From NCBI GenBank assembly GCA_965113315.1, contig OZ220368.1: a DNA stretch of 64,000 nt. The stretch is one strand, 5' to 3'. The position numbers and the translations under genes are program-made. A model generated the notes under the pieces. It did not search any database. It was not told the DNA's origin and worked only from the letters and a program-made list of their open reading frames with translations. This document shows positions 48,135-62,000 of this stretch, piece by piece. Source of the DNA: Podarcis vaucheri (taxonomy: Eukaryota). The first letter of the stretch is position 1. Every line of letters begins with the position of its first letter.

Positions 48135-51100
48135 TCACATCCAAGTAGGTGAGTGGTTTCTACAGTTCCTTCTAGTTCAGAGTAACCATAAATTTCCCAT
48201 ACAAAGGAAACTGTCATAGGTTATGGGCCTCTGCTAACTTGATGCCCTCCAGATGTTTAAGGTCAGTGTGGGTTGATCTGCACTGGCTGGTAGCTGCTGC
48301 CCGGCTTATCATAGAGAAATTCCTTCCCAGCCCTATGTGGAGAAGCCAGGGATTCAGCCTGGAACTTTCTGCCAAAACTATGGCCCATCCTCCAAAGGTC
48401 TCTCTCTCCCTCCTCCAAAAACAACTGGTGGGCAAGCTAAGGAAATGCAAAGTTCAAGTTCATTGCATTTTGTTGGGGATGCTGATCTCAGGAAAGCAAC
48501 CCAGAAAGGAATGCTGGCCTAGATGGGTCATTGGCTTGATCCAGCAGGTTCCTCTTATGTCCTCTTATGTCGTGTTCCACTTCCACCACGAATCTGGCTG
48601 CATCCCACTGTAACTTTTTTACCCTTTTCAAAGAGCATAACACTAAAGACAAACCCCAGGGAAACATTGGCAGTGGAGGAAGAAAAATCTAAAAGTGACG
48701 GGCAGAAAACCATGCAGAGAAAAGGCATTTGGTAGAACGCAGGCATATGAAGTTAGAGTTTGAAAGTTGTGGAGCGAAGAACAAGGGACTTGCACCACTG
48801 TCTGGGGAATTTCTTTCCTTGCCTACTCTGTTATGTTTGGTTGTTATTAATAAAACACGACTTAGTCTCTGTACATCCCTCCAGGCCATAAGTTACAAAG
48901 GCTCTCCATTTTTTATTTATGCACCCATAACATTGATCTAATCCTTCAGTCACCTGTAAAGTTCTTGAGTCTCTCCTCTCTTGCATATTCTTCCATCTCC
49001 TTCCCAACAGCACCCTGCACAGTGCATATAAGCACTGGACTTCACAATGAAGAGAGATGCAGATGCTCAACTATATCAGCCTGAATCTCTTCATGTTTAT
49101 GCTGAAGCTAGTTCCACTGAGTTCAGTGAGACTGACTGCCAAGCAAATGCATATGAGGTTGCAGTCTGTGTAGGTTTGTGCTAAGGTGGAGGAGTTTTTT
49201 AGATGGGAGCCTGATTGCTGCAGCTCATGGGCTGTGCTTTTTGGAGGCTGGAATAAATTCTCCTCCTCCAAGAAGAACAGATTGTAAAATATTAGGTTAA
49301 CACAAAATACTTGATTTAACCTTGCAAAACAAAGGGTAAAAATGAGACTTCAGATTTCCCATAGCATTTTAACTGATTTAGAGTGAATAACTCTCAACCA
49401 TTGGCAGATCTCCCCAAGCTTCTACCTCTAACTTGGTTGCTGTTATATATGTGCAGTTAGCTCCAGTGCACACCTGCAGACCCAGCTAAGGTAGAGGCAG
49501 TAAAATGTGTGATGATTGTCACTGTTACTGATGCTGTCTCACTTTTATGTGACAATGACTTCCAGAGTAACAGTCAACATTCAACAGCTGGTCTTGAACC
49601 ATCCCTCTGACGCATTAGCCATAATGGCAGGCATTTGCTTCCAAGCCCAAATTACCATTTAACTTTCTAGAACAGAGATGATGTACCTGTGGCCCTCCAT
49701 ATGCTATTGGAAAAGTCCCATCAACCCCAGCCATAATGGCCAGTGGCCAGGGCAGATGAGAAATATCGTTTAGAAACATCTGAAGGGCCACAGATTCTCC
49801 ATCCCTTTCCTAGAGATTCAATGTTGTTTTTGGTTCAGTGCTTTTGGATCAATTTTTTTTTATACGAATAATGTTGGGGGCATAGGAAAAGAGGGGATAG
49901 GTGTTGCAGCAGTGTTGCACTAAACATGACATACTTAGGTCCATCAAGTAAGCTCCTGAATTTTGTTTCAAACCACAGATTTCATTTAAATCCAAGAATA
50001 TGTGCAATATATTCTATTTATTTTAAAAGACAACCCACTGAATTTGCATGGATAGCAAAGAGTGAGCTAATGGTGGCACGTTGAATAATGTTCCCCAGTT
50101 AGCATTAAGGCAATTCTGACAGATGTGTTCCTGTTTGCTCCCCTTTCCCAGCCATGGAATTTTTGCATGAGCACTAGAGGAAGAAAGTTTGCTTGTTGCT
50201 TGCAGGCAGGAAAATGGATATTGATGCAAATTCAATTAGGTATAGAAAGAAGCCAATGTTCCGAAATCACAGCCGAATTGAGAGAAAGCAAGCCAGCAAC
50301 TCCTTAGAGAATTTTTTCCTGAGTGAAGAAGCAAGGAAAGCATATGCATTGGTTAGTGGAGGTGACACCTTTTAAAGAAAATAATATTAAAGCCAAGGGA
50401 ACAGCAAGTGCATGTGAGACACAAGATAGGTGCAGTGCTCAGTTTATTCAATTACTTTCATGAAAATAAATGGGACAACTAATCTAACTTGGCATCTGCC
50501 CTGTGAACTGCAGCTGCAAAACGAATAAATATTAAAAAGCATTTTTTTAAAAAGAAAGGAAAAATGCACTCTATGTTATTTCATTTTATGCAATTCATGT
50601 TCAAAAGTGTAGAAGCTATCAAAATATTAGCAAGTTGCTGAACTGAGCAACACAGTGAATGTGGAAATCACAGATAAAAAGGACAGACATGCAGGATAAA
50701 TAATCAAAGCACAGAATGGCCTCATTTTGCTGTAAAATAGCCATGTGTTTACACGACCTGTGAAGGAGCCTAAACTGCAGGCTGTAGTTTTCCACTCATT
50801 CTTTCACCACTCTCCAAGTTGTTCCTACAAAATGCCACTGGCGTTCATCTAGTGCCATTTGAAATGCTCTGCCTCTCTTGGCTTGGCTGCTTGAGATCTA
50901 GGCCATGGAACGGTTCACTGGAGAAATGTTTGTTCCTGAACACTCCAGAGCCCTCCGTTACCTACTTGCAGTTTTCTGCTCATGTCAGATCAGCGGGAAA
51001 GAGGTTGGGAAAAACAAAGTACATGCATACTCTACCAGTGCGTTTGGGGGAATACTGATTAAAAATATCATTAAGACACTGAATGTGGCTGGCTATTTTT

Positions 51101-51329
51101 GCCTGCAACAAAACTTTCCGATTCACTGAGAAAGTGCTATGGAAATAGGACGCAAGGAGGGGTCCCCTTTATATGTAGAGAAGCCCATGATTTAGATTGC
51201 AATCCTATACACTTGGGAGTGAGTTCCATTGAACTCAATAGGGCTTACATTTTAGTAGATATGAACAGGATTGTATGGTTAGCCTGCTGTTTTTGAAATA
51301 CATACACACATACATACATACATACATAC

Positions 51330-51909
51330 TGTTGTAAGGTTTGGAGGTCCCTCTCCAAACTCTATAAATTAATAAATGGTAGGATTTTGATTATTTGGGA
51401 TGAGAAGGGAAAAATATAAGCTGTGGAGGAATTCCTAGGCTAGCCTATGCAAAATGGTCTGGTCAAGCTGGAACAATGCAGGGCCACTGAGGGCCACTGG
51501 CAACACAAGAGACCTATCCTCCGTCCCCCCCCCCTGCCCTGAGGTGGGAACAGAAGATTGCCGGGGTAAGTGGGTGTGAGGTAACCAGAAAAGAGTTTCC
51601 TTTTAGCAAGGTGTAATGGGAAGAAGAAGGGGGAGAATAAAATACAAAGATCCATCTTGGGCAGGATGGTTGAAGGCAGGGTGGGAGAGATGCCTTCGGC
51701 TCCAGTGCTGCGCTGCTACAGGTAACAAGCCATTCTTGAGATACCACACTGTAAATCTGGACTCCCTCCATCTAAATTCATGTGTAAATTTGTGAATAAA
51801 TCATATTTCTTAAAGCTATGATAGCCTCCGCCACGTCTTCCATTCTCCAGCCAAGATGCCTAGAATCCCATGCAAAGCTTGGCAGGGATTGATGGGCTGG
51901 TAACAAACA
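51330..51909 (+). mobile_element. Probable solo LTR (Gypsy-like), 580 bp
   Basis: TGTT...AACA termini, 4-bp flanking repeat ATAC, TATAAA near 51364, AATAAA near 51636 and 51795. Confidence 0.55.
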
Positions 51910-52660
51910 ATACATTGTGAGACATCTCCAAGCTTTTGTCATGGAAACCCTCCATGCTGAAGAGGCTTTAGGATGCATTTCGGGCACGTGTGTAATAGGG
52001 TTTTAGGGAGCATTGTCTAAAATAGGAGTGCTCAAACCGCAGGCTTGTAAGATCTTACAAGGACCCCAAGATCTACACACCAGAGCCAGGTGCAAAAGAC
52101 CTACAATTGGATTTTTTTTATTTTATTTATTTAAAGGCTGCCTCTGAGCACATGCTGAACCTAGGGATTTGTTTTCTGACTAGAACAGAGCTTGCTGTTC
52201 TTTCACATAAAAATCCACTCCACTTAACTTTCTTCATTTCAGCAGCCTAACTTAGGTAGAAAGAGTTATGTTGTTGTTGCTTTTGTTTAATAGTTGTGAG
52301 TCAGAAATGCTTCCTGCTCTCCACCAAATCACACAGAGATCTACCAATCATTCCCAATACATCTGCCCACCCCAGCCTCGAATGTACACAATAGAGATGG
52401 GCAGGCTGTATTTCAAGAACACTGTTTCATCCTAATGGAATTAACCTCAAGTCCCAAACTTAGCTCTCTGATATCTCAGGCAGAGCTTACTGCATAGGAT
52501 GTTACCTGTAACACCTTCAAAATACCCATACCAATGTGAGCAGAACATTTGACAGCTTCCCCCAAAGTGGTTACTGGCAGATGTTTAGGACTGTAATGCT
52601 CTCAGCATGGCCAATGGTAGCTGAAGATGGGAAATGCAGTCCAAAACAAGGCTAATATAT

Positions 52661-53016
52661 AAAGTAAAGGTAAAGCGATCCCTGACCATTAGGTCACATT
52701 TCGGATGACTCTGGGGTTGCGGTGCTCATCTCGCTTTATTGGCCGAGGCAGCCAGCGTACAGCTTCAGGGTCATGTGGCCAGCATGACTAAGCTGCTTCT
52801 GGCGAACCAGAGCAGTGCACGGAAACACCATTTACCTTCCCGCTGGAGCAGTACCTATTTATCTACTTGCACTTTGACGTGCTTTTGAATTGCTAGGTTG
52901 GCAGAAGCTGGGACCGAGCAACGGGAGCTCACCCCATCGCGGGGATTTGAACTGCTGACCTTCTGATCGGCAAGCCCTAGGCTCTGTGGTTTAACCCACA
53001 GCGTCACCCACATCCC
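52661..53016 (-). mobile_element. Sauria SINE (older, CpG-decayed)
   Basis: Colinear with 7642-8005; degenerate TSD containing TAATATAT. Confidence 0.9.
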
Positions 53017-53514
53017 AGTAATATATGAAGTAGTCTCTGGGTAAAGAAAATCTGCTGGGCATATGCAAATTTTCAGACTAAGTGGATGTGAATGCTATGT
53101 GAATATATTTGATAAAAATCTAGGAAAAAATGATTTGTGTATCTCCAGATGAACAATGTATTTTTTAGAAGTTTTGGAAAATTTGTCCCCCCACCCTGCC
53201 CTTAGCAAACATTAATTAAAGTATCTTTAATTAAATGTTAATCACTAAGATAAGGTTGGAATTGACTATCCAGGCCATCTCATCTATCTAGCTGACCCCA
53301 GTGTTTGTGTTTTACCTCTGGTGCCCTTCAACCTCAACTGAGACTTGACTTTTATGACCTCCCTTGGCAAACTATTCCACTGTTAATTAGAAAGTTGCAA
53401 AACCTGCCCTCCAGTTTAATGCTTATTAATGTCTCCCTTGTTGGATCTGTGAGTTTGCAGTTACAGAGCTCAGATGCAATTCATCTTCCCTAGGAAGAAG
53501 AGACGTTGTGGCTG

Positions 53515-53775
53515 ACCACATCTATGATAACAACCATTCCTGTGAGGAAAGGTTGAAAGAGCTCGGTATGTTTAGCCTGGAGAAGAGAAGATTAAGGGGA
53601 GACATGACAGCTGTTTTCTGTTGCTCCGGAGGGGAAAACGAGATTCAGTGGGTGGAAATTGCAGTGAAGCAGATTTCAGCTAAACGGTGGGGAAAGACTG
53701 CCCTAGGCGGTAGAGTGCTCTCCTTCATATGGAGGTATTTAAAAAGAGATTGAATAGCCACCAAACAAGGATGCT
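53515..53775 (+). mobile_element. Degraded CR1 3' fragment
   Basis: [21 protein letters not shown]. Confidence 0.8.
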
Positions 53776-53907
53776 ATAGCTCAAGAATTGCCAATGTGAT
53801 CCCCTCCATTGTCTCTGGGTGCTAGGCATGCTGGCAGGCAGCTAATGGGAAGCTGGAGTCAAATGACATCTGAAGTTCGCTGCACTGGCTATCTTTGATG
53901 TAAACAT

Positions 53908-54250
53908 AAAGGGACCCCTGACCATTAGGTCCAGTCGTGGCCAACTCTGGGGTTGCGGCTCTCATCTCGCTTTATTGGCCAAGGGAGCTGGCGTACAGCT
54001 TCCGGGTCATGTGGCCAGCATGACTAAGTCGCTTTTGGCAAACCAGAGCAGCACACGGAAACGCTGTTTACCTTTCCGTTGGAGTGGTACCTATTTATCT
54101 ACTTGCACTATGATATGCTTTCGAACTGCTAGGTTGGCAGGAGCAGGGACCGAGCAACGGGAGCTCACCCCGTTGCGGGGATTCGGACCACAACCTTCTG
54201 ATTGGCAAGTCCTAGTCTCTGTGGTTTAACCCACAGCGCCACCCACATCT
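53908..54250 (-). mobile_element. Sauria SINE
   Basis: Colinear with the other two copies; same 3' variant as 52661-53016. Confidence 0.9.
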
Positions 54251-55144
54251 GTATCCTAAATTGTAGATCTTGCATTAAGTAGTGTGCTAGACTCTATCAT
54301 CTCCATGGTCATGTTCTACTTTATAGTTACAATATCTACAAATTATATTTGAGCATGAAAGTACCTACCCAGAAAAGGGAATTTCTGCTTGCGTGGATGA
54401 GAAATACTTTGTGATAATTACAGTAGTTCTTATTGTTTCCCTCTGAAAGGAAGTTAGAAGATAGAAACTAGGTTGCAGATTCTGCTCAAGAATAGGGCCT
54501 GCTCCAAAGGAATCAGGAAAGCCTGTTTTTAATGGAGCAAACAATATACATACATACATATATATTCCCTCTTACCATCCTTTTCATTCAATTCATTCCT
54601 TTTGATGCTGATAAGCAGCTTTTGTACAAAGAGAAACCTTCTGTAAGAATTTGGAGTTGCTTGAGAATTACAAATATGAAAACATTAACTGCAGAGACGG
54701 CAAGTAAAGAATGACGATAATGCCCTGGATCTTTTTAAAAGGATTAAAGCTTATGCACAAACTCGCACTTGGAGATTGGTCGCCTTCCCTTCCTGGACAG
54801 TTTGCCATAATTGCTATTTTGATGCACCATTGAGATGATAATTAAAATTAAAAAAATGTAAATCAGTTGAACCAATATTACAATAATATTAATTTTCTAG
54901 CTGTTTAACTGAGGACCTGTTTGACTTGTGTGACTTCGGCCAAGGAGAAGATTATTATTAATTTGGCTATCTCTAAAGGGACTCATTTTCATATTAGGTG
55001 AATGCACTCTGTGTTAGGTGGAAAAAGGCGTCTACATAATATAAAAGGTTGGTATTTCTTTAAGTAGCAAGCTAATGCTTGACTTATGGGGTGAAAATAA
55101 ATGCCCGGAGTCAAGGGTGATGAATAACAGCAGCAGCAGCAGTG

Positions 55145-55560
55145 ATATATTTATATCCCATCCTTCCTTCTAGGCACCCATGTTAACAAACATATTAATA
55201 GGAAAAGAACACAATTAAACATTCTGAAAAGGGCTGAAAACACCTTCTAAAAACAGTTAAAAACTCAAAAACAAACAAAACATCACATACTCTTAAAACT
55301 GGTCAGGGACATATCTTTCAGACATCAAACACCTAGGGAAGCAGGAATGTTTTAAAATTTGTCATACAAGTTAATAATGAGGGAAACAGATGCACCTCTC
55401 TAGGGAGGGCATTCCACAAACAAGGAACAACCACTGAGAAGGCCCTGCTATGAGTCACTGCTAAACAGGCAACCCCAAGTGACAGTACCACCAACAGAAT
55501 CTCCCCTGCCAATGATAGGCCCTGGCATGGTTGATACTGGGCAAGGCACTCTTTTAGAGG
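55145..55560 (-). mobile_element. Degraded L2 3' fragment
   Basis: gggagggcattccacaa...accactgagaaggccct is the reverse complement of the L2 3' motif; similar at about 30290-30760. Confidence 0.55.
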
Positions 55561-56254
55561 CGCAAAAGTACTTTTTGGCTTAATGGTGGAGCTGATTTGA
55601 ATGAGGCATTTCCTCCCCCATCAAACAATTCTATGTCTTTTGGCTTTATGAGGATCTCTAGCCGTTGCTTGTGCTTAAGGCATTGTCAGAGTTTCAGCCC
55701 ACCTAGTATCAATAGGCTGGGCACGTACATGTTAGGTTCAAGTTTTCAAGAAGCTGCTTCTTTAACTTGCAATATGTGAGTTAAACTACTCTTGCTGCTG
55801 CACTATTTTTTCCCCTGAGGGTTTATATGTTGTCACAAAACAGCTGCAGGAAGCTACAATTTGGACTGGAAGTTTTGGATAGTGGAGGAGGATACTTATC
55901 TTTTCCCATGCAGGCTACTTTTATCAAAATGGTCCTTCTCTGAGCTGCTTTTGCCTTGCAGGGGAAAATATACAGGTAGCTCTTGACAAATTCACTGTCT
56001 ATCGCCTTTGTATATTAGCTCTCTTCAGATGCCTTCCTTCCTAAATGGGCTGCTCTCAGAAACTGGGTTCTTTCTTACTTCAGAATAATGGAAAGCTTTT
56101 TAGGGCTTCTGTTAGAGTTTTATTTGCTGAATCTGCATTGGCTTTCAACATTTTATTATGCATCTCTGCCACTCTGTCTCTAACCCAATAAATCATAATA
56201 ACAGTTTTAAATTCTGATAACTGACTTTGGTGAGTGTTAGGAAAATCAGAAAAA

Positions 56255-56642
56255 CAGGAAAACTTTTTATCCCTCTCTCATAACACTAGAACTCATGAAC
56301 ATCCTATGAAATGGAATGTTGGAAAATTGAGGACAGCCAAAAATATGTACCTAGTCACACAGTGCATAGTTAACCTGTGGAACTCACTTCCACTGGAGGC
56401 AGTGATGAACGCCTACCTGGATGGTGGATTAGACAGATTCAGGGAGGCTAAAGCTATCAATGGCTACTAGCCACAATGACAGTATGCTTCTGAATAGCAG
56501 TTTCTTGAAACCCCAGAAGAAGAGAGATCTGTTGCACTCAGGCGCCGCTTGCAGTTTTCTCACAGGCACCTGGTTGGCCACTTTGAGAACAGGATCCTGG
56601 CCACTGGCCTGATCTAGCAGGGCTGTTCTTACGTTCTCATGT
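56255..56642 (+). mobile_element. Old CR1 3' end
   Basis: FLSLSHNTRTHEHPMK...IVNLWNSLP; 3' UTR ending ggcctgatctagcagggctgttcttacgttctcatgttc. Confidence 0.8.
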
Positions 56643-58828
56643 TCATTCACCACCTGAGGCAGCCACACTTAACTCTGCCCAATTGCTGCGGCTGCTCCTG
56701 AGCAGCAGCAGCACTAAGGAGGAAATGAGCTACTCCAGGATAGGCCGCTTGCACAAAACGCCACCCCTCAAATCTGCAGCCAACACTAGATTAGATGGCT
56801 AGATGATGCCTTGAAATAGCTGAAAAGCACAGAGCACAGCAGAGAACGCTGGAAGGATCAGCCAAATTTTTTTTTATTTTTTTATTGGACTCTTCCTTTT
56901 TTCCATTCTTGGCATCTCCATGCAGCATTGTCATTATTACTAGCATTTTGCATCCCAGTAAAAAAAAAAAAAAAAGAGAGAGAGAGAGATGAAAACAATT
57001 GACAGCTGATGATTTAAGCATATTTCCTCATAGGCATCTTGCTTTCTCTGCCCTCCAGCCAGAGTGTTCTAATTTAAATCTAACCCAAAACCTGCCCAGA
57101 TTCTTCAGCTGGAAATTTACAAACACCTGGCTGTGCATGTCAAGCAGGATCACTGAATGAAAGTGGCCCAACAACACCCCTCTACCTCTGGGATTTCCAG
57201 CACCAGTTGTTTTTATCCCTTTATATATCACCGGGGCATAAGATAATATCTGACTCTTTTATGTGATATTGCTGCGTTACATCTGAACCATGAATAAAAA
57301 GAGACATGTGATATCTTCTTAAGGCTTATCTACAGCTACACGTTACAAAGGTATTTTGTCCCCACCCCAAAGCACTGCATCATATGCAAATTTGGAAGTT
57401 CCTTTTATGTCTATGCAGATAGCGAATTATGGGAGGAAGTTGGAGCTCCCTAGGGTAGAGGATGCAGCCAGCCACCTCCTTCTTTTCCTCTAATACAATT
57501 CCAGAGTCCTTTGCAGGTGCTTCATTCAAAAGCATGCCTGCTACTGCTGCTACTCCCAGCTGACCTCTATGTCCTGAGAGCAAGAAAGTGGATACCATTT
57601 TGCATAACATTTGACAATGGTAATTATGCATACTGTATGTGCAAACTTAGAAGTACTGTAATTACTATAAATAGAAATGCAGTGTATCTCATTATATTGG
57701 GGGAGACTGTGACCATATGACCTTTGGCCCTGCTCAGCCTAGGTCAAAGTTCCTGGTCTCCCTTGGGCCAGGCAGCCCTTCTAAAAGAGGACACCTTCAA
57801 ATAGAGGAATCCCATCAAATTGAGTCTGTTCCCTGTAAAGTAGGGCACAGGTCCATCTTACATACGTCACATAAACAAGTGGCAAGGCAGAGAGTTGCGG
57901 GGAGGATGTTCTTCTGAATATTCTGAAAAACGAGCAAAATTAAGCTATGGGCAGGTTAGATACATCAGATCGATCCTTTATGTTTATATTTATAGCCAGC
58001 CAGCCAACCGAAAAGAAAGTTTTGGGACAGGTGGATGATCATTTCAACAATAACCATTGGCTCTGAATCAAGTTTATTATTCTGCAGATAACTTCAAGCA
58101 CTTTGCAAATATTCCGATTTATATCCTCTGAGTTAAGTGTTCTGTGTGCAGAGATCTAGATCTTGTTCTGGACTTCTTGGAGGCATCTGGTTGGCCACTG
58201 TGGGAAGCAGGATACTAGACTAGATAGGTTTTTGGCCTAAGTTGGCAGGGCTCTTATGTACTTGTCAGCAATGAGCAGGATGTAGACAGCATACCACAAG
58301 AGCTGGCAGTCAATACTATTCCTTTGAAGTGCTGTTGGCTTTGGACTGTCACCAAACTCACACTAAAGCTGGCATAGAGAAGTCTAAGTGTCTTGCAAAA
58401 TGGATACAGAAACCAACATACCAGAGGCAATTATGTTGTTCTTCAACCTAACCATAAAACTACCAAGAGCAGAATTCATATATGCCCGATTGCCTCAGAG
58501 AAGGCTGGGGTTGGTGAGGCAGTGCCAGGTTTGCTGTAATGGTCTGCTACTGATTTAGCATCTAGAAAACTGCTTCTTAAATTGCTGGTACATGAGAGTG
58601 GGGGGTGTGTAGGACACATAAAAATCTGGCATTGAAATTGGTTGTTAAACAAATTTGACCCATAGACTCAAGTTCTTGCCATTGTGTGGCCAATGAATGC
58701 AGCCTCAACATTGTAGACACTATTTAGTTTGCCTCCTGGCTAAATGTCTGCCCCATAAAATTTTCTTACCTGGTCAAAGAACTTAAGCTCAAAAAACCTG
58801 TGGTCATGTCCTCCAGTTTTTTTTAATA

Positions 58829-59008
58829 NNNNNNNNNNNNNNNNNNNNNNNNNNNNNNNNNNNNNNNNNNNNNNNNNNNNNNNNNNNNNNNNNNNNNNNN
58901 NNNNNNNNNNNNNNNNNNNNNNNNNNNNNNNNNNNNNNNNNNNNNNNNNNNNNNNNNNNNNNNNNNNNNNNNNNNNNNNNNNNNNNNNNNNNNNNNNNNN
59001 NNNNNNNN
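58829..59008. other. Assembly gap (180 N)
   Basis: Run of N. Confidence 1.
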
Positions 59009-62000
59009 GTGCTCTTATTTTTTGACTATTGTCTCAAACAGGGAACCAAATGGCTATACAGCCTGTGTATAGCTTGCTTAACCATCTGAGTGTCTAAGCG
59101 CTGAATACAAACACACCTTTGAAATGACAGGTGCTGCTTTAATGGAGTGCCCTGGCACCTTTTTCCAAAAATGGCACAAGGGGTCTTTCTAAACAAGTTT
59201 CCTGGCTGTGGGCATTGTCCATGTGACATATTTTGGGAAATCTCATTGAAATGATTGATGATCTTAGTCTCATTACTAGGATAAACACTTGGCACTGAGC
59301 TGGCACTTTTGCTGTCCATATTTCGCAGGCCAGAGAAAGTGGCTAATAGATGTAACATGCACAGCATTTATAGAGAACTGTCTACTGCAGCTGTCCGTGC
59401 CAGAGAGACATTTGCTGCCCAGAGAAGTAGATATGCTTTATCATAATTTTCTTTCTCAATGAAAGCTCATTGTCAGTGAACATTGAAAGCTGGAACAAAA
59501 TGTATGTGGATTGGCTATTCATCCTATGCGCGGTTAGTGCCCAATACAATAAAGCTTTGTATTTATATTAAATAAATACATGGAAAGAGATAGAGCTGAC
59601 TTTGTGAATGAACACTGTAAAGAAAAAGGATGAATCAGTCACCAGTTGGCATGGATTTGAACTCTTCAGTGCTTACATTCCAATATTTGGCAGAGAAAAG
59701 TGCATTTGATTTATATTATAGGAACAAGTTTGGTAGTCTTCAAAACCATTTCCAAATTCCATGCTTTGCCTAATTATAATTTCCAAATAAACAATTTACT
59801 GCAGCCCAGAATATACACCTAGGGTGGAATTCAATGTAGTGCTAAGTGGCATATGTGTGTGGGGTGGTGTCTTGTTCTGGTCTCCAGAGAAGACCTTGTA
59901 GTGTGCAGGGGTGGATGGGGGTAAGGTGGGGCAAAGCACAAGAGGAGCTTGTTCCTTGCATGCAACAACTTAGTTGAATCCTGCCACTATATTCCACAGG
60001 TAGAGGTCATACAAATGTGCTTTTGTTATACAAATTTACAATGGAAACAACCAATTAAAACATTATCTAATCCATATAGGTCAATTGAATTTTCAAATTT
60101 GGCACTTGCCAGGAATGTTCAAATCTCACGGAGGAGAAGGCTAGCCATGATGGTTATACTCTGCCTCCACAGCTGGAAGCTGTAATACTTCTAAATAGCA
60201 GCTGGGGAGGGTGCTCAGAACCTACTTGAGGGTTTTGTCACAGGCATCTGGTTGGCTGCTGAGAGAACAAGATGCTGGACTAGACAGGTCAATGGCCTGA
60301 TCCAGTGGGCTCTTCTTATGTTCCCTTATTAGTGGTGAAGGTCAACCTGTTACCTGTAATGTGGTTTGTGAGCCTGGTTGCTAAATTCATACCTATGCTT
60401 GAAAGCCAATACAGTTTTGTGTTCAAATGATATTCTCAGGAAGTGTGATGCTACAACTCGTAATATAAGGTTAATAGATCAGTTGATTGTCATTGATGGT
60501 GATTTTCAAGAGTTGCATTTCTATGGGTTTTTATTTAAACATTTTATTTGGCTATTGCATTGAGCTCCCAGCAGTCTCTCATCCCAGGGATGGATCAGTT
60601 CCACAAATGCCTTGTGGAATCCCCAACCTGCGGCCCTCCAGATGTTTTGGCCTACAACTCCCATGATCCCGAGCTAACAGGACCAGTGGTCAGGGATGAT
60701 GGGAATTGTAGTCCAAAACATCTGGAGGGCCAAAGGTTGGGGATGCCTGTCTTAAGCCATGCCACAGCCTCAGATACTCTATTCCACATAGATTTATGTT
60801 GTAACATCAAATCGCTTAATCGATGATAAAGAGTTACTGGGCTATGATTAGAAAACCCTCAGATTCAAGCAGACAAGAATTCTTAAAAGAACTTGAACTG
60901 GGTTACAAAGTTGGATTCCTCTTGAGTACTAAAATAATTCGTACTGTGGATATTGCGATTTGCTTTAATAAGGTAAGTTTTTGGATGACTGCATTTGCCT
61001 ACCCAAAAATATGGTATTAGTCCAAAAGTGGTGGATGCGTGTTTATATACTTCACTTGCATACTTGTTTCCAATGCCATGCAGTTATATTTCTGAACAAA
61101 AGCAGTGGCTAACTGGGGGTAGTAGAAAGAGGACCCATCAATTGTTCCTTTTATGCATGCAATTTGTTAATGAACTTACAACCTTATGCACGTTTATTAT
61201 GTTAAAGGGGGCTTACTCTCAGGCAAGTGGGCTAGGATTCAAGCCTCAAATGTATGTGTGTGACAGAGGAGATGGCAGCAAAAAGAAATCATCCTCATTT
61301 TGAAGATGAATGTCCTTGGCTCTTGATGAGCTGGTGCCTTTAAAAAAGGGGAGAACTATTTTAAGCCCTTTCTGTTTAAATGCAATCCTGTCCATCAGCT
61401 GAGTTCTCAACTGGTTCAGAGCTGCCTGATAACCAAGAAGTATCCCTAATTCAGAGCAGTGCTGAACTACTTGAATGAGCGCCTCTGAACCGTCATGTTC
61501 TGAGGGTAATTATTTTCATAAATATGAATTGTGGGACTCCTGCCTAAAAGTGTGCCAGCAATCCAATCTATACTACAGATGGATAGAAATGCAGCTGTGC
61601 AGTGTTAATTAACTATACACATAGCATATGGCAAACTCCACCCCCCCCCCAACCAACCAGCACAGAACTCTGAGATGCAGTTAGCTCTTAGGGATAAATG
61701 TTAGTCAAATTGTCAAAAATGCTCATGATAATATCACAATGACAAAACGACAGCATTCAAAACCTAGTATCTGTCCATCATAATTGTAGTGGGCCTTCGA
61801 TATCATACCTCATTTTCTTTTTTCTCATCTCTTATTTACCTTTGCTGGCAAAGGAAATATTTATATTTCTTCTCATTCGTAGTAATATTGTGTGCCCTGA
61901 TTTCCCCTCCAGTTGAAGCACTAGCAAAACCCAACCAACATCACCAAATATATATATGACAATGAGCCAGATCATGAACTATAAAAAGGACTAACTGGGG

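Noticed and set aside
59026-59367. 113-aa minus-strand ORF next to the gap
   Set aside because: No recognisable homology or convincing splice acceptor
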